Shown: positions 1-10,109 of the stretch, in pieces | How positions within the stretch are numbered: the stretch's first letter is position 1 | How the letters are laid out: every line of letters begins with the position of its first letter | Assembly: GCA_963810095.1 (NCBI GenBank) | Contig: CAWEMM010000006.1 | Coordinates: 1,504,001 to 1,568,000, forward strand | DNA length: 64,000 nucleotides | Direction of reading: 5' to 3' | Source of the DNA: an uncultured Chloroflexia bacterium | Lineage (GTDB): Bacteria > Chloroflexota > Anaerolineae > CG2-30-64-16 | Position numbers and translations under genes: made by a program | The notes under the pieces: model-generated | Seen by the model: only the letters and a program-made list of their open reading frames with translations | Databases searched by the model: none | What the model was told of the DNA's origin: nothing

Positions 1-1430
1 AGCCACCGGTCGCGCTCGACGCCGGCTTTGTCGCCCGTATAGGTGAGCACTTCTGTCGCGCCGAACCCCTCCGCGCCCTCGAGCATGGCTGCCAGTTGCG
101 CCTCCCGGCGCCGCTCGACCTCGGCCTTGATCGCCTGCTCATACCCGACTTCGCCTGGCTGGTAAAAGACCCGGCCCTGCAGCGCCTCGGGCAGGTACTG
201 CTGCGCCACCCAGTGATCGCGATACGCGTGCGGGTACAGGTAGCCCTCGCCGTGGCCGAAGCCTTCCGCATCCCGGTTCGCATCGCGCAAGTGGCTGGGC
301 ACCTCGGCCTCGCGCTCCTTCTCGACCACGCCGATCGCATCGAAGAAGGCAAAGGCAGAATTGCTCTTGGGCGCGGTGGCGAGGTAGAGTGCGGCTTCGG
401 CCAGGTGGAACCGCCCCTCGGGCAGGCCGACGTAGTCGTACGCCTGGGCACACGCCATCACGGTCCGGATTGCGTTAGGGTCGGCCAGCCCCACGTCCTC
501 GCCCGCAAAGACGATCATGCGGCGGAAGATGAAGCGCGGGTCCTCGCCTGCGTACACCATGCGCGCCATCCAGTACATCGCCGCGTCCGGGTCTGATCCT
601 CGCAGGCTCTTGATGAACGCGCTGATCGTGTCGTAATGAACGTCACCCTCTTTGTCGTACAGCACCGCCCGGCGCTGGATGCTCTCCTCCGCGACTGCCA
701 GGTCGATGCGGACCACGCCCTCTTCGTTCGGCGGCGTGGTCTCCACGGCCAACTCCAACGCGTTGAGCACCCCCCGGGCGTCGCCGTTCGCCACGTTGAC
801 CAGGTGAGCGAGCGCGGCGTCGTCGAGCTGCACGTTGAGCTTGCCGTAACCGCGTTCGGGGTCGGCCAGCGCCTGGCGGGCGACCGCGAACAGGTTCGCC
901 TCGGTCAGGGGCTTAAGCTGGAAGATGCGCGAGCGGCTGACGAGTGCCTTGTTGACCTCGAAATAGGGGTTTTCAGTCGTCGCGCCGACGAGGATGACGG
1001 TGCCGTTCTCGACCCAGGGCAGCAGCGCGTCCTGCTGGGCCTTGTTGAACCGGTGGACCTCGTCCACGAAGAGGATCGTGCGCTGGCCGAACTGCCCCCT
1101 GCGCTCCTGCGCCTCGGCAATCGCCTGCCGGATGTCGGCGACGCCGGCCAGTACGGCGTTAATCGCGATGAAGTGCCCGCGGGTCGTGTTGGCAATGACG
1201 CGAGCCAGTGTCGTCTTGCCCGTGCCCGGCGGGCCGTAGAAGATCACCGAGCTCAACTGGTCGGCCTGGATGGCCCGGCGCAGCAGCCGGCCTGGCCCGA
1301 CGATGTGCTCCTGGCCGATGAACTCGTCGAGCGTCCGCGGCCGCATCCGTGCGGCCAGCGGCGCGTCCTTCTCGGCCAGCTCGTTCCGCCGCAGCGCGAA
1401 CAGATCGCTTGATGGTGACTTCGTGGGCAT
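1..1430 (-). CDS. rarA: Replication-associated recombination protein A (RarA/MgsA AAA+ ATPase), 3' end outside window
   Basis: Manual translation from ATG at 1430: MPTKSPSSDLF...APLAARMRPRTLDEFIGQEHIVG...IFYGPPGTGKTT (Walker A), DEVHRFNKAQQD; open to window edge so missing from ORF track. Confidence 0.93.
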   Translation of the reverse strand, partial: MPTKSPSSDLFALRRNELAEKDAPLAARMRPRTLDEFIGQEHIVGPGRLLRRAIQADQLSSVIFYGPPGTGKTTLARVIANTTRGHFIAINAVLAGVADIRQAIAEAQERRGQFGQRTILFVDEVHRFNKAQQDALLPWVENGTVILVGATTENPYFEVNKALVSRSRIFQLKPLTEANLFAVARQALADPERGYGKLNVQLDDAALAHLVNVANGDARGVLNALELAVETTPPNEEGVVRIDLAVAEESIQRRAVLYDKEGDVHYDTISAFIKSLRGSDPDAAMYWMARMVYAGEDPRFIFRRMIVFAGEDVGLADPNAIRTVMACAQAYDYVGLPEGRFHLAEAALYLATAPKSNSAFAFFDAIGVVEKEREAEVPSHLRDANRDAEGFGHGEGYLYPHAYRDHWVAQQYLPEALQGRVFYQPGEVGYEQAIKAEVERRREAQLAAMLEGAEGFGATEVLTYTGDKAGVERDRW

Positions 1431-1480
1431 GCGAGGATTGTAGCATAGCCGGGGGCCTGCGCAACGAGGACCCGGCCGGA

Positions 1481-4090
1481 TTACAGGAACTCGATGTAGC
1501 CCTCCGTGCCATTCACGCGAATCCGCTCTCCATCCTTGATCCGTTTCGTCGCATTCTCCACGCCAATAACCGCCGGCAAGCCGTATTCACGCGCGATCAC
1601 CGCACCGTGCGTCATCAATCCGCCCACTTCGGTCACCAGCCCCGCGGCAGACACGAACAAGGGCGTCCAGCTCGGGTCCGTGAACGTAGTCACCAGGATG
1701 TCGCCGTCAGCCAGTTCGGCCTCCGCCATATTCAGGATGACCCGTGCGCGGCCTTCGACCACGCCGGAAGAAACCGCGAGGCCGAGGAGCGCTCCGGGGG
1801 GTGCCCCTTCCCGTCCATACGCCCCCGCGACGATCTCCCCGTCCGACGTGATCACCCGCGGCGGCGTCAGCTTCGCGTATCGCTCGTATTCGCGCTTGCG
1901 GCCAGGAATGCGCGCGTAATCCAGGCGCTGCGTACGCACCGCCTCATGCAGCTCCTCGAACGTGAGGTAGTAGATATCCTTCGCTTGGTGAATGAGACCG
2001 GCCCGCACGAGTCGCTCCGCTTCTTTCAGCAGCGCCTGTTTGTAGACGAAGTAGCGGCTGACCATAACGTATTTCGGATACTCACGATGACCGATCAGGT
2101 TCCGGAACAGGTCGATCATCCGTTTTGTCTCTCGAGCCTTTCGCGCGCCGCCAGGCAGTTGCCTCAATCGCTCGAGCAGCTCCTGCTCCTTCGCCATGGC
2201 CGCCTGTCGCCCTTGATCAAATCTCCGCTCGCCGGCGCCGGGCTCGAAGTTCCTGACGTTGTTGAGGATTGTGGGCACGAGCGTCGACGGGCGCTCGCTC
2301 CAGCGCGTGCGCGTGATATCGATTTCCCCCGCACAGCGCATGCCGTACCTGTCAAGGAAGGCAGCGAAGGCATTCTGAACTTCCCGGCCGCCCTCAAACC
2401 GGATTAGCCCATCCAGGAAGTCATCGTTTTCCACGTGGCGCAAGTAATCGACGATCTGCTGATGAGGCCGGATCACATCCGCGAGATCCAAGAGCGCCAG
2501 GCCCATTTCCGACGTGATATTATTGGGCGCCGAACGGGCAAGCGTGTCTGCCGCATTCTTTTCGCCCAGCCACTTCATCATCCTTCGGTTGAGCCATGAC
2601 GAGGCATACATCGCCACCAGCACGACTTCCATGCCTGCTGCGTACAGGGTCTGCTTCAATTGGAGTACATCTTCGGCGATGAAATCGAGCAGCTCGACCC
2701 CCGTCTTCCTTTCGATGGCTTGTTTCAGAACTTCGATCGACGCTTGGCTGCTCCGAACCACGTCTGAGATGATGGCCGGCTGGTTCTCGAATCTGGCCAG
2801 ATAACGCCAAGACATGGTCTGCTTGCGGTAAATCAGGCTCTGAACCTGCTTACCGTCCGGTGACGGCGTGATATAGTTCTTGCGCTTTGTGATGGTTATG
2901 AGCGCGTCTCGTATCAGCGGATCGGATTGACCCAGGGCATTGATGACCGTCCTGCCACGATCGGCCGAGGCCAGGTGACGCGTCACGTCGACAAACAGCC
3001 TTCCGCCGGCAGTTCGCATCAGCGCGGGGGTCGTTAGCAAGTAGAAAGACAATCCCAAAGGCCTTATCGGGTCGGTCATCATTTGCTGATGCCCCACCGA
3101 TACATACACGTGGTTTTCTCGATCGTCCGCCTCGGGGATGGGGTACAAAGTCGTGATCGGCCGGCTCTGGACGATATAGAATACATCGCCGGCCAGGCAC
3201 CATTCGATGTCCTGGGGCCGGCCGAAATGGTCTTCGATCCGCCTGCCGAGGCGCTCGAGTTCCACGATCTGCGCGTCTGTCAGGGTCGGCCGGTTCTCCT
3301 TCTCGGGCGGAAGTGCTTCTTCCTGCGTCCCACCCTCTGCCTGCGCGGTCAGCACCATCTTCTTCGTGGCGATTGTCCTTGCAATCACCCGGCCGTCACG
3401 GACTTTGTAGTTGTCGGCGTTGACGCGGCCTGCAACCAGGGCCTCGCCCAAGCCCCAGCTCGCATCGATCGATGACACCTTCCGATTGGACGTGACGGGA
3501 TCGGCAGTGAATAGGACCCCCGCCACTTGCGGGAAGACCATCTTCTGCACGAGGACGGCCGGCTGCACTTCGCGGTGATCGAAGCCGTTTAGTAGGCGGT
3601 AAGTGACCGCCCTCTCGGTGAACAGCGAGGCCCAGCACCGGCTGATGTGCCGCAGGATGGCCTCTTGACCGGCGATGTTCAAATACGTGTCCTGCTGGCC
3701 GGCAAAGGAGGCCGCCGGCAAATCCTCGGCCGTCGCGCTCGACCGCACCGCATAGGCGTCGTGCGCGCCCAGGCGGGCGAGGTAGTGACCGACCTCGGCG
3801 CTGATCTCCTCCGGGATGCCCGCCCCTGCGATGACCGCGCGGATCTCGGCGCTGAGCATAGCGATCGTTTCGCGGTCTTCCAGGCTGCACCGCGCCAACT
3901 GATCGAGCAGGGCACCCATGGCCGGTGTTTCGGCCATAGTTCTCGCAAAGGCTGCGGTCGTGACACAAAAGCCGGGGGGCACGCGAATCCCCGCCATCCT
4001 GCTCAGTTCCCCCAGGGCCGCGCCTTTGCCGCCCACCGCCTGCAGCTGCGTCCTATCCAGGTCCTCAAAGCCCAGCACGTACAAGTTCAT
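1481..4090 (-). CDS. rph: Rifamycin-inactivating phosphotransferase (Rph; PEP-synthase-like, 869 aa)
   Basis: N-terminal ATP-grasp (VGGKG, AVRSSATAED, QDIEW), central VYVSVGHQQMMTD segment typical of Rph, C-terminal swivel domain GGLMTHGAVIAREYGLP. Confidence 0.85.
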   Translation of the reverse strand: MNLYVLGFEDLDRTQLQAVGGKGAALGELSRMAGIRVPPGFCVTTAAFARTMAETPAMGALLDQLARCSLEDRETIAMLSAEIRAVIAGAGIPEEISAEVGHYLARLGAHDAYAVRSSATAEDLPAASFAGQQDTYLNIAGQEAILRHISRCWASLFTERAVTYRLLNGFDHREVQPAVLVQKMVFPQVAGVLFTADPVTSNRKVSSIDASWGLGEALVAGRVNADNYKVRDGRVIARTIATKKMVLTAQAEGGTQEEALPPEKENRPTLTDAQIVELERLGRRIEDHFGRPQDIEWCLAGDVFYIVQSRPITTLYPIPEADDRENHVYVSVGHQQMMTDPIRPLGLSFYLLTTPALMRTAGGRLFVDVTRHLASADRGRTVINALGQSDPLIRDALITITKRKNYITPSPDGKQVQSLIYRKQTMSWRYLARFENQPAIISDVVRSSQASIEVLKQAIERKTGVELLDFIAEDVLQLKQTLYAAGMEVVLVAMYASSWLNRRMMKWLGEKNAADTLARSAPNNITSEMGLALLDLADVIRPHQQIVDYLRHVENDDFLDGLIRFEGGREVQNAFAAFLDRYGMRCAGEIDITRTRWSERPSTLVPTILNNVRNFEPGAGERRFDQGRQAAMAKEQELLERLRQLPGGARKARETKRMIDLFRNLIGHREYPKYVMVSRYFVYKQALLKEAERLVRAGLIHQAKDIYYLTFEELHEAVRTQRLDYARIPGRKREYERYAKLTPPRVITSDGEIVAGAYGREGAPPGALLGLAVSSGVVEGRARVILNMAEAELADGDILVTTFTDPSWTPLFVSAAGLVTEVGGLMTHGAVIAREYGLPAVIGVENATKRIKDGERIRVNGTEGYIEFL

Positions 4091-4198
4091 GTGGTCTACC
4101 TCTGTGCCTTAAGCTTATCACCTGCGTCAAGGTGCGCGTGTCGGTGCGCCCTGGCCCCGGCTTGCTGCCGCGTCAGCCCTGCCCGCCCACGGGCAACG

Positions 4199-4236
4199 AT
4201 AGACCGGGTTTCTGCTGCAGCAGAAACCCGGTCTAT
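4199..4236. repeat. Perfect 38-bp palindrome, REP-like family A (CCGGGTTTC...GAAACCCGG)
   Basis: atagaccgggtttctgctg|cagcagaaacccggtctat; relatives at 20255-20287 and 20646-20698. Confidence 0.85.
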
Positions 4237-4282
4237 TCTCCTGCGTATCGCCGCGTCTTTGTCTTTCGGTTATACTCTCGGC

Positions 4283-4513
4283 ATGACCGACCAACGTCCG
4301 CCCACCGACACCCGCGCCGACCGCCGCCGTCTCGACCGCAACCTGGCCTGGGCCGTGGTGATCTTCCTGGTCGGGGTAGGGGGCCTGTTCATCGCACTGA
4401 CCTACGGGCGCACGGCCGTCTTCCTGGGCGTGAGCTGCCTTGCCGCCGGCGCCGCCATCTTCGGCCTGCTCTGGCTGATCCTCACCCTCATGGAGCGCTG
4501 GGCGAACAGGTAG
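4283..4513 (+). CDS. Small membrane protein (76 aa, two TM helices), probably leaderless
   Basis: MTDQRPP...NLAWAVVIFLVGVGG...; TATACT 6 nt upstream of ATG. Confidence 0.7.
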   Translation: MTDQRPPTDTRADRRRLDRNLAWAVVIFLVGVGGLFIALTYGRTAVFLGVSCLAAGAAIFGLLWLILTLMERWANR

Positions 4514-4534
4514 ACCTCTTGCCCTATTGCGAGT

Positions 4535-4879
4535 TCACCCGCCCACCAGCTTCACCTTGTACCCCATCAGCCGCAGCTTCTCGGCCACCTTGTCGCGCTG
4601 ATCCCCTTGGATCTCGATCTCGCCTTCCTTGATCGTTCCACCTGTGCCGCACGCGATCTTCAGCGTCGCCAGCAGTTCCTTGAACGTTGCGGTATTGTGC
4701 TGCAGCCCGTAGACGACCGTGACGGTCTTGCCGGCCCGGCCTTTCCGGTCGCGCTTCACGTAAGCCGTCTGCTGCTTGGGCGCCAGGTCGACCGTCTGGC
4801 AGATACAAGGCGCGGAGCCGCAGCGCGGGCACTGCTTGACCGGCTCGGGATCGGTTGAATAGACGATACGCGGAGACAT
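4535..4879 (-). CDS. yciH: SUI1/YciH family translation initiation factor
   Basis: IVYSTD, KGRAGKTVT, LKIACGTGGT, IEIQGD motifs. Confidence 0.92.
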   Translation of the reverse strand: MSPRIVYSTDPEPVKQCPRCGSAPCICQTVDLAPKQQTAYVKRDRKGRAGKTVTVVYGLQHNTATFKELLATLKIACGTGGTIKEGEIEIQGDQRDKVAEKLRLMGYKVKLVGG

Positions 4880-4983
4880 GGGCTGGGACCTCTTATTGTG
4901 CGTGGGGCGTTCTATGGTACAATGAAGACATAATCGCCGGCACTCGAATTGTGCCCACAGTGTATCACAAAGGGGAGGTTACC

Positions 4984-5332
4984 CTGGAAGGTCTCGAACT
5001 AGCGCACGCAATCGTTGGGAAGCTGGAAGAACACCAGGCTTCAGACATCGTCTTGATGGACCTGCGCGAGATTACGCCCCTGGCCGATTATTTCGTCATC
5101 TGCTCGACCGACTCGGAGCGCCAGGCTCGCACGCTGCAGGAAATGCTGCTGGAAGAAATGAAGAAGGACCTCAAGGTGCGGCCCTTGTCAAGCGAGGGTG
5201 AAGCTGCATCAGGATGGACCTTGATCGACTACAACTGGGTCGTCGTCCACATTTTCTCGCAGCGACATGCGCGCCTATTACCGGCTTGAAGAGCTGTGGA
5301 AGGCCGCGCCCGTCGTGCTCAAAATCCAATAA
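4984..5332 (+). CDS. rsfS: Ribosome silencing factor RsfS (apparent frameshift near 5260; probable CTG start)
   Basis: LADYFVICS, SGWTLIDY..VVVHIF; conserved tail MRAYYRLEELW continues in another frame to TAA 5332; GGGGAGG just upstream of CTG. Confidence 0.85.
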
Positions 5333-5338
5333 CGGTTG

Positions 5339-5370
5339 GGGTGAGGCGCCCGCAAGCGGGCGCCTCACCC
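5339..5370. terminator. Hairpin between convergent rsfS and ndk
   Basis: gggtgaggcgcccgc-aa-gcgggcgcctcaccc inverted repeat. Confidence 0.6.
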
Positions 5371-5378
5371 TCGTCATG

Positions 5379-5828
5379 CTACTCGAAAATCCACTCGTCG
5401 ACCGCGCGACCGTAATCCCAAAGCTCCTCGGGCTTGAACCACAGCGCGATCTCCGTCGCCGCGCTCTCGGGCCCGTCCGACCCATGCACCAGGTTGCGTC
5501 CCATCTCGAGGCTGAAATCCGCCCGGATCGTGCCGGGTGCGGCCTTCGCCGGATTCGTCGCGCCCATCGTCGACCGCGCGACGTCGATAGCATTCGTGCC
5601 TTCCAGCACCATCGCCACCACCGGGCCGCTCGTGATGTACTTGATCAGACCCTCGAAGAACCCCTTGCCGACGTGCGCGGCATAATGTTGATGTGCAAAC
5701 TCAGCGGTCACATGCACCATTTTCAGCGCCACGATCTTCAGCCCGCGGCGCTCGAAACGATTGACGATTTCCCCTACCAGCCCGCGCTGCACGGCATCGG
5801 GCTTCAACATGACAAAGGTGCGCTCCAC
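5379..5828 (-). CDS. ndk: Nucleoside diphosphate kinase
   Basis: [30 protein letters not shown]; GTG start after AGGAG. Confidence 0.97.
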   Translation of the reverse strand: MERTFVMLKPDAVQRGLVGEIVNRFERRGLKIVALKMVHVTAEFAHQHYAAHVGKGFFEGLIKYITSGPVVAMVLEGTNAIDVARSTMGATNPAKAAPGTIRADFSLEMGRNLVHGSDGPESAATEIALWFKPEELWDYGRAVDEWIFE

Positions 5829-5910
5829 AGACCCTCTCCTGATTGTGATTGTTACTCGACGGGGACCATGATAGCACGTTGGTGACGGGGGGGACAAAAG
5901 GAGCGGGCAC

Positions 5911-6936
<1,026 letters not shown>

Positions 6937-6964
6937 GCTTGACGCCCGTCGTGCTTGACGCGCG

Positions 6965-7414
6965 TCACGGCTCAGGACTGAAGTACCACATCCACTTGCT
7001 GCCCCGCATCTCCTTGATGATGTGCCCGGTGGTCAGCACGCCCAGGGCCCGCAGCCCGACATCGCCGTGCTCGCTGACGACAAGGTGGCTGATGCACCGT
7101 TCCATCATGATCCGGATCGCTTCCTGCAAGGTCATTTCGGGCGGGATGGCGATCACTTTCCCGCTCATTACGTCGCGCGCTTTCAGACCCTTGTGATCCT
7201 GCCCGTAGAATGCCAGCAGGTCGATCTGGCTGATCGTGCCCAGCGCTTCTTCGTCCGGCCCGGTGACGACCAGGACCTGGACGTTCGTATCCGCCATGAT
7301 GCGGATGACTTCGTCAAGCGGCGTACTGGGTTTGCACCCGATGACGCCTCGGTGCATGACGCTGCCGACGTGGGCGACTTCGACGGTGCTCGAGGCGAGG
7401 CGTTCCGACACCAT
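6965..7414 (-). CDS. CBS domain pair protein
   Basis: Two CBS repeats (VGSVMHRGVI..., ARDVMSGKVI...LGVLTT). Confidence 0.85.
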   Translation of the reverse strand: MVSERLASSTVEVAHVGSVMHRGVIGCKPSTPLDEVIRIMADTNVQVLVVTGPDEEALGTISQIDLLAFYGQDHKGLKARDVMSGKVIAIPPEMTLQEAIRIMMERCISHLVVSEHGDVGLRALGVLTTGHIIKEMRGSKWMWYFSPEP

Positions 7415-7592
7415 TGTCCACCTCCTTTGGCCTGCTGACGCTCGCTAAGGCAGGCCACGCGCGTATCTTAGCACCGCAGCAATGGCCTGTAAAGAGGTTT
7501 TGTCCGATGGCAGGCTAATCAAAGGCCAACTCAGAACCGGTGTTGACATGTCCGCTATAATTGGGCCGTCTGCAAAGGACGCTGGAGGGGAT

Positions 7593-8069
7593 GTGAGCGA
7601 GGAACAACAGGCGCCCCGGTATGATCCGCCGCCGGGACTGGTAGCCCTGGGAACCGAGGTTGAGGTGGAATTGGTCGGGCGCGACGGCGACGTCGAGCGG
7701 CTGGTATTCGACATTGTCCCCGAGCAGGCTGCGGACTTCGAGGCGGGCTTTCTGGCGATCACCACGCCGCTCGCCCGCGCGATCGTCGGCAGGTCGGCCG
7801 GCGTCGAGGTCCCCTACCGCATGGGCGACGTCGTGCGGGTGCGTATCGTGTCGGTCCGGCGCAGCGAGCGGCGGGCCGAGCACGGCGCGGCCGCGGAGCG
7901 TGACGCTGCGACGCGCGACGCGGTGCAGCGTGCCAAGACCGACGAGACGATCCAGCTCGCCCTGACCTTCAGCAGCAAATGGGGCGACTACGATCCGGAG
8001 CCGCTCGAACGGGATGCGTCCCTTTCGGACGATGGGGATGCGAACGACCCGGGTGAGGATAGTGGATGA
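7593..8069 (+). CDS. Hypothetical protein with GreA/GreB C-terminal-like domain
   Basis: VALGTEVEV...IVPEQAADFEAGFLAITTPLARAIVG resembles Gre C-terminal fold; GTG after GGAGGGG. Confidence 0.65.
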   Translation: MSEEQQAPRYDPPPGLVALGTEVEVELVGRDGDVERLVFDIVPEQAADFEAGFLAITTPLARAIVGRSAGVEVPYRMGDVVRVRIVSVRRSERRAEHGAAAERDAATRDAVQRAKTDETIQLALTFSSKWGDYDPEPLERDASLSDDGDANDPGEDSG

Positions 8070-8920
8070 GCGTCGATGTTCGCCGGCTGGAGAGCCCTGA
8101 GACCGCGCGCCAGGCGGTCGAGCTCCAGCATGCCGTCTGGGGAGGCGACGAAGTGCCCGCCCACGTGCTTCTCACCGCCGAGCATAATGGCGGATTATGT
8201 GCCGGCGCGTTCGTCGACGGCGTCCTGGCCGGTTTTGTGTGGGGCTTCCTGGGTTTCGACGATCGGGTGCACCCACCCCGGCTCAAGCACTGTTCGCATC
8301 AACTGGGCGTCCACCCGGCCTACCGCAACCTCGGGCTCGGTTTCCTGCTCAAGTGTTTTCAATGGGAATGCGTTCGGGACCAGGGGCTCGAGCTGATTAC
8401 CTGGACGTACGATCCTCTGCTTGCGGCCAATGCGCATCTCAATATCGCCCGGCTGGGCGCGGTGTGCAACACGTATCGCCGCGACGAATACGGCAACCTG
8501 GACGACGATTTGAACGCGGGCCTGCCCACCGACCGCTTCCAGGTCGATCTGTGGGTTGCTGCGCCGCGGGTGTGTGCTGCGATGGAGGGACAGGGGCCCG
8601 AGCCGCCTCCCACTGCCGCGGGCCGTTGGCTGAACCCACCCGGTCGTGATGGGGCCGTGCGGCCGCCTGCCCCGTACGAGATCGCTGCGATCGCCCAATC
8701 GGCCGGCCCGGTGGCGCTCGCCATCCCACCTGATTTCCAAGTCTTGCGGGAAGCTGACCCCGGTCAAGCTGCGGCGTGGCGGTTCGCGACCCGCGACGCG
8801 TTCGAGGTCCTTTTCGCCCGCGGCTACGCCGTTACGCATTTCGTACGCGGTCCGGGTTTCGGTCACTACGTGCTGCAGCCGGCTGAAGTGCCCGGCACCT
8901 CGAAGGTGTCCAGCACTTGA
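8066..8920 (+). CDS. GNAT-family acyltransferase (putative D-amino acid N-succinyltransferase)
   Basis: SHQLGVHPAYRNLGLG, WTYDPL..NAHLNIARLG, GLPTDRF motifs; adjacent to OSBS/NSAR. Confidence 0.8.
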   Translation: MSVDVRRLESPETARQAVELQHAVWGGDEVPAHVLLTAEHNGGLCAGAFVDGVLAGFVWGFLGFDDRVHPPRLKHCSHQLGVHPAYRNLGLGFLLKCFQWECVRDQGLELITWTYDPLLAANAHLNIARLGAVCNTYRRDEYGNLDDDLNAGLPTDRFQVDLWVAAPRVCAAMEGQGPEPPPTAAGRWLNPPGRDGAVRPPAPYEIAAIAQSAGPVALAIPPDFQVLREADPGQAAAWRFATRDAFEVLFARGYAVTHFVRGPGFGHYVLQPAEVPGTSKVSST

Positions 8921-8948
8921 AGGTGGCCTGCACTTGAAGGAGAACACG

Positions 8949-10064
8949 ATGCGCATCGATCAAATCGCCCTGCACCACCTGCGGATGCCGCTTGTCGCGC
9001 CGTTCGAGACTTCATTTGGCCGCGTCACCGACCGTGAGTGCATCCTCATTCTTGTCCACTCGGAGGGGCTGACAGGTTACGGGGAGTGCGTGGCCGACCG
9101 TGACCCCGGCTACGCCTACGAAACTGCCGGCACGGCCTGGCACATCCTTACCGAGTTCCTCTGCCCCGCCATCCTGGGCAAAGACATTGCCGGCCCGGCC
9201 GACTACCGCCTCGCAACTGCCGGCGTGCGCGGGCACCCCATGGCCAAGGCCGGGCTTGAAATGGCGTTGTGGGATCTCATGGGGAAGCGCGAGGGCCGTT
9301 CGCTGCGCGAGCTGCTGGGCGGCGTGTGCGAGCGGGTGGATGTGGGCGTCTCGGTCGGGCTGCAGGCCTCGCCCGCGGCGCTGGTGGAGACCGTCGGCCG
9401 CTACCTCGAGCAAGGGTATGGCCGGATCAAGATCAAAATCAAGCCGGGCCGGGATGTCGGGGACGCGGCTGCGGTGCGGGCGGCTTTCCCACAGATCCGC
9501 CTGCAGGTCGACGCCAACTCGGCCTATACGCTGGAGACGGCCGGCGCGCTGCTGCCGCTCGACGATCTGGACCTCCTCTTGATCGAGCAACCGCTGTCGG
9601 AGGACGATATTTGGGACCACCGGCAGTTGCAGGGCCGCCTGCGCACACCGATCTGCCTCGACGAAAGCATCCTCACTGCCCGCCATGCCCGGCAAGCCAT
9701 CGAGATGAAAGCCTGCCGGGTGATCAACATTAAGGCGGGCCGGGTCGGCGGGCTGACCGAGGCAGTCGCGGTACACGATACCTGCCTCGAGCGGGGCATC
9801 CCCGTGTGGTGCGGCGGGATGCTGGAAACCGGGGTGGGACGGGCGGCGAATCTGGCGCTCGCCAGCCTGTCCAACTTTGTCCTGCCCGGCGACATCTCCG
9901 CGTCGGACCGCTATTACCGGCAGGACATCACGCACGAGCGTTTCACGCTCAACCACGACAGCACGATCGACGTGCCGCAGGGCGCCGGGCTGGGCGTGAC
10001 GCTGGACGAGGCCGCGATGGAGGCTTTCACCCTGCGCAGTTGGGCCACAGGCTCGCACCGGTGA
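8949..10064 (+). CDS. menC: o-succinylbenzoate synthase / N-succinylamino acid racemase (enolase superfamily)
   Basis: PFETSFG, KIKIKPG, VDANSAY, IEQPL, ICLDES, WCGGMLETG, PGDISAS. Confidence 0.9.
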   Translation: MRIDQIALHHLRMPLVAPFETSFGRVTDRECILILVHSEGLTGYGECVADRDPGYAYETAGTAWHILTEFLCPAILGKDIAGPADYRLATAGVRGHPMAKAGLEMALWDLMGKREGRSLRELLGGVCERVDVGVSVGLQASPAALVETVGRYLEQGYGRIKIKIKPGRDVGDAAAVRAAFPQIRLQVDANSAYTLETAGALLPLDDLDLLLIEQPLSEDDIWDHRQLQGRLRTPICLDESILTARHARQAIEMKACRVINIKAGRVGGLTEAVAVHDTCLERGIPVWCGGMLETGVGRAANLALASLSNFVLPGDISASDRYYRQDITHERFTLNHDSTIDVPQGAGLGVTLDEAAMEAFTLRSWATGSHR

Positions 10065-10109
10065 TGTTGAGGCGCCGGGCGGCTTGACTGCCTCAGGCCG
10101 GCGTACGTT

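Noticed and set aside
4091-4282. Rifamycin-associated element (RAE) upstream of rph
   Set aside because: The palindrome present belongs to a dispersed repeat family and does not resemble the RAE
8912-8940. gcacttgaagg direct repeat between GNAT and menC
   Set aside because: Short local duplication over stop and RBS; no evidence of function
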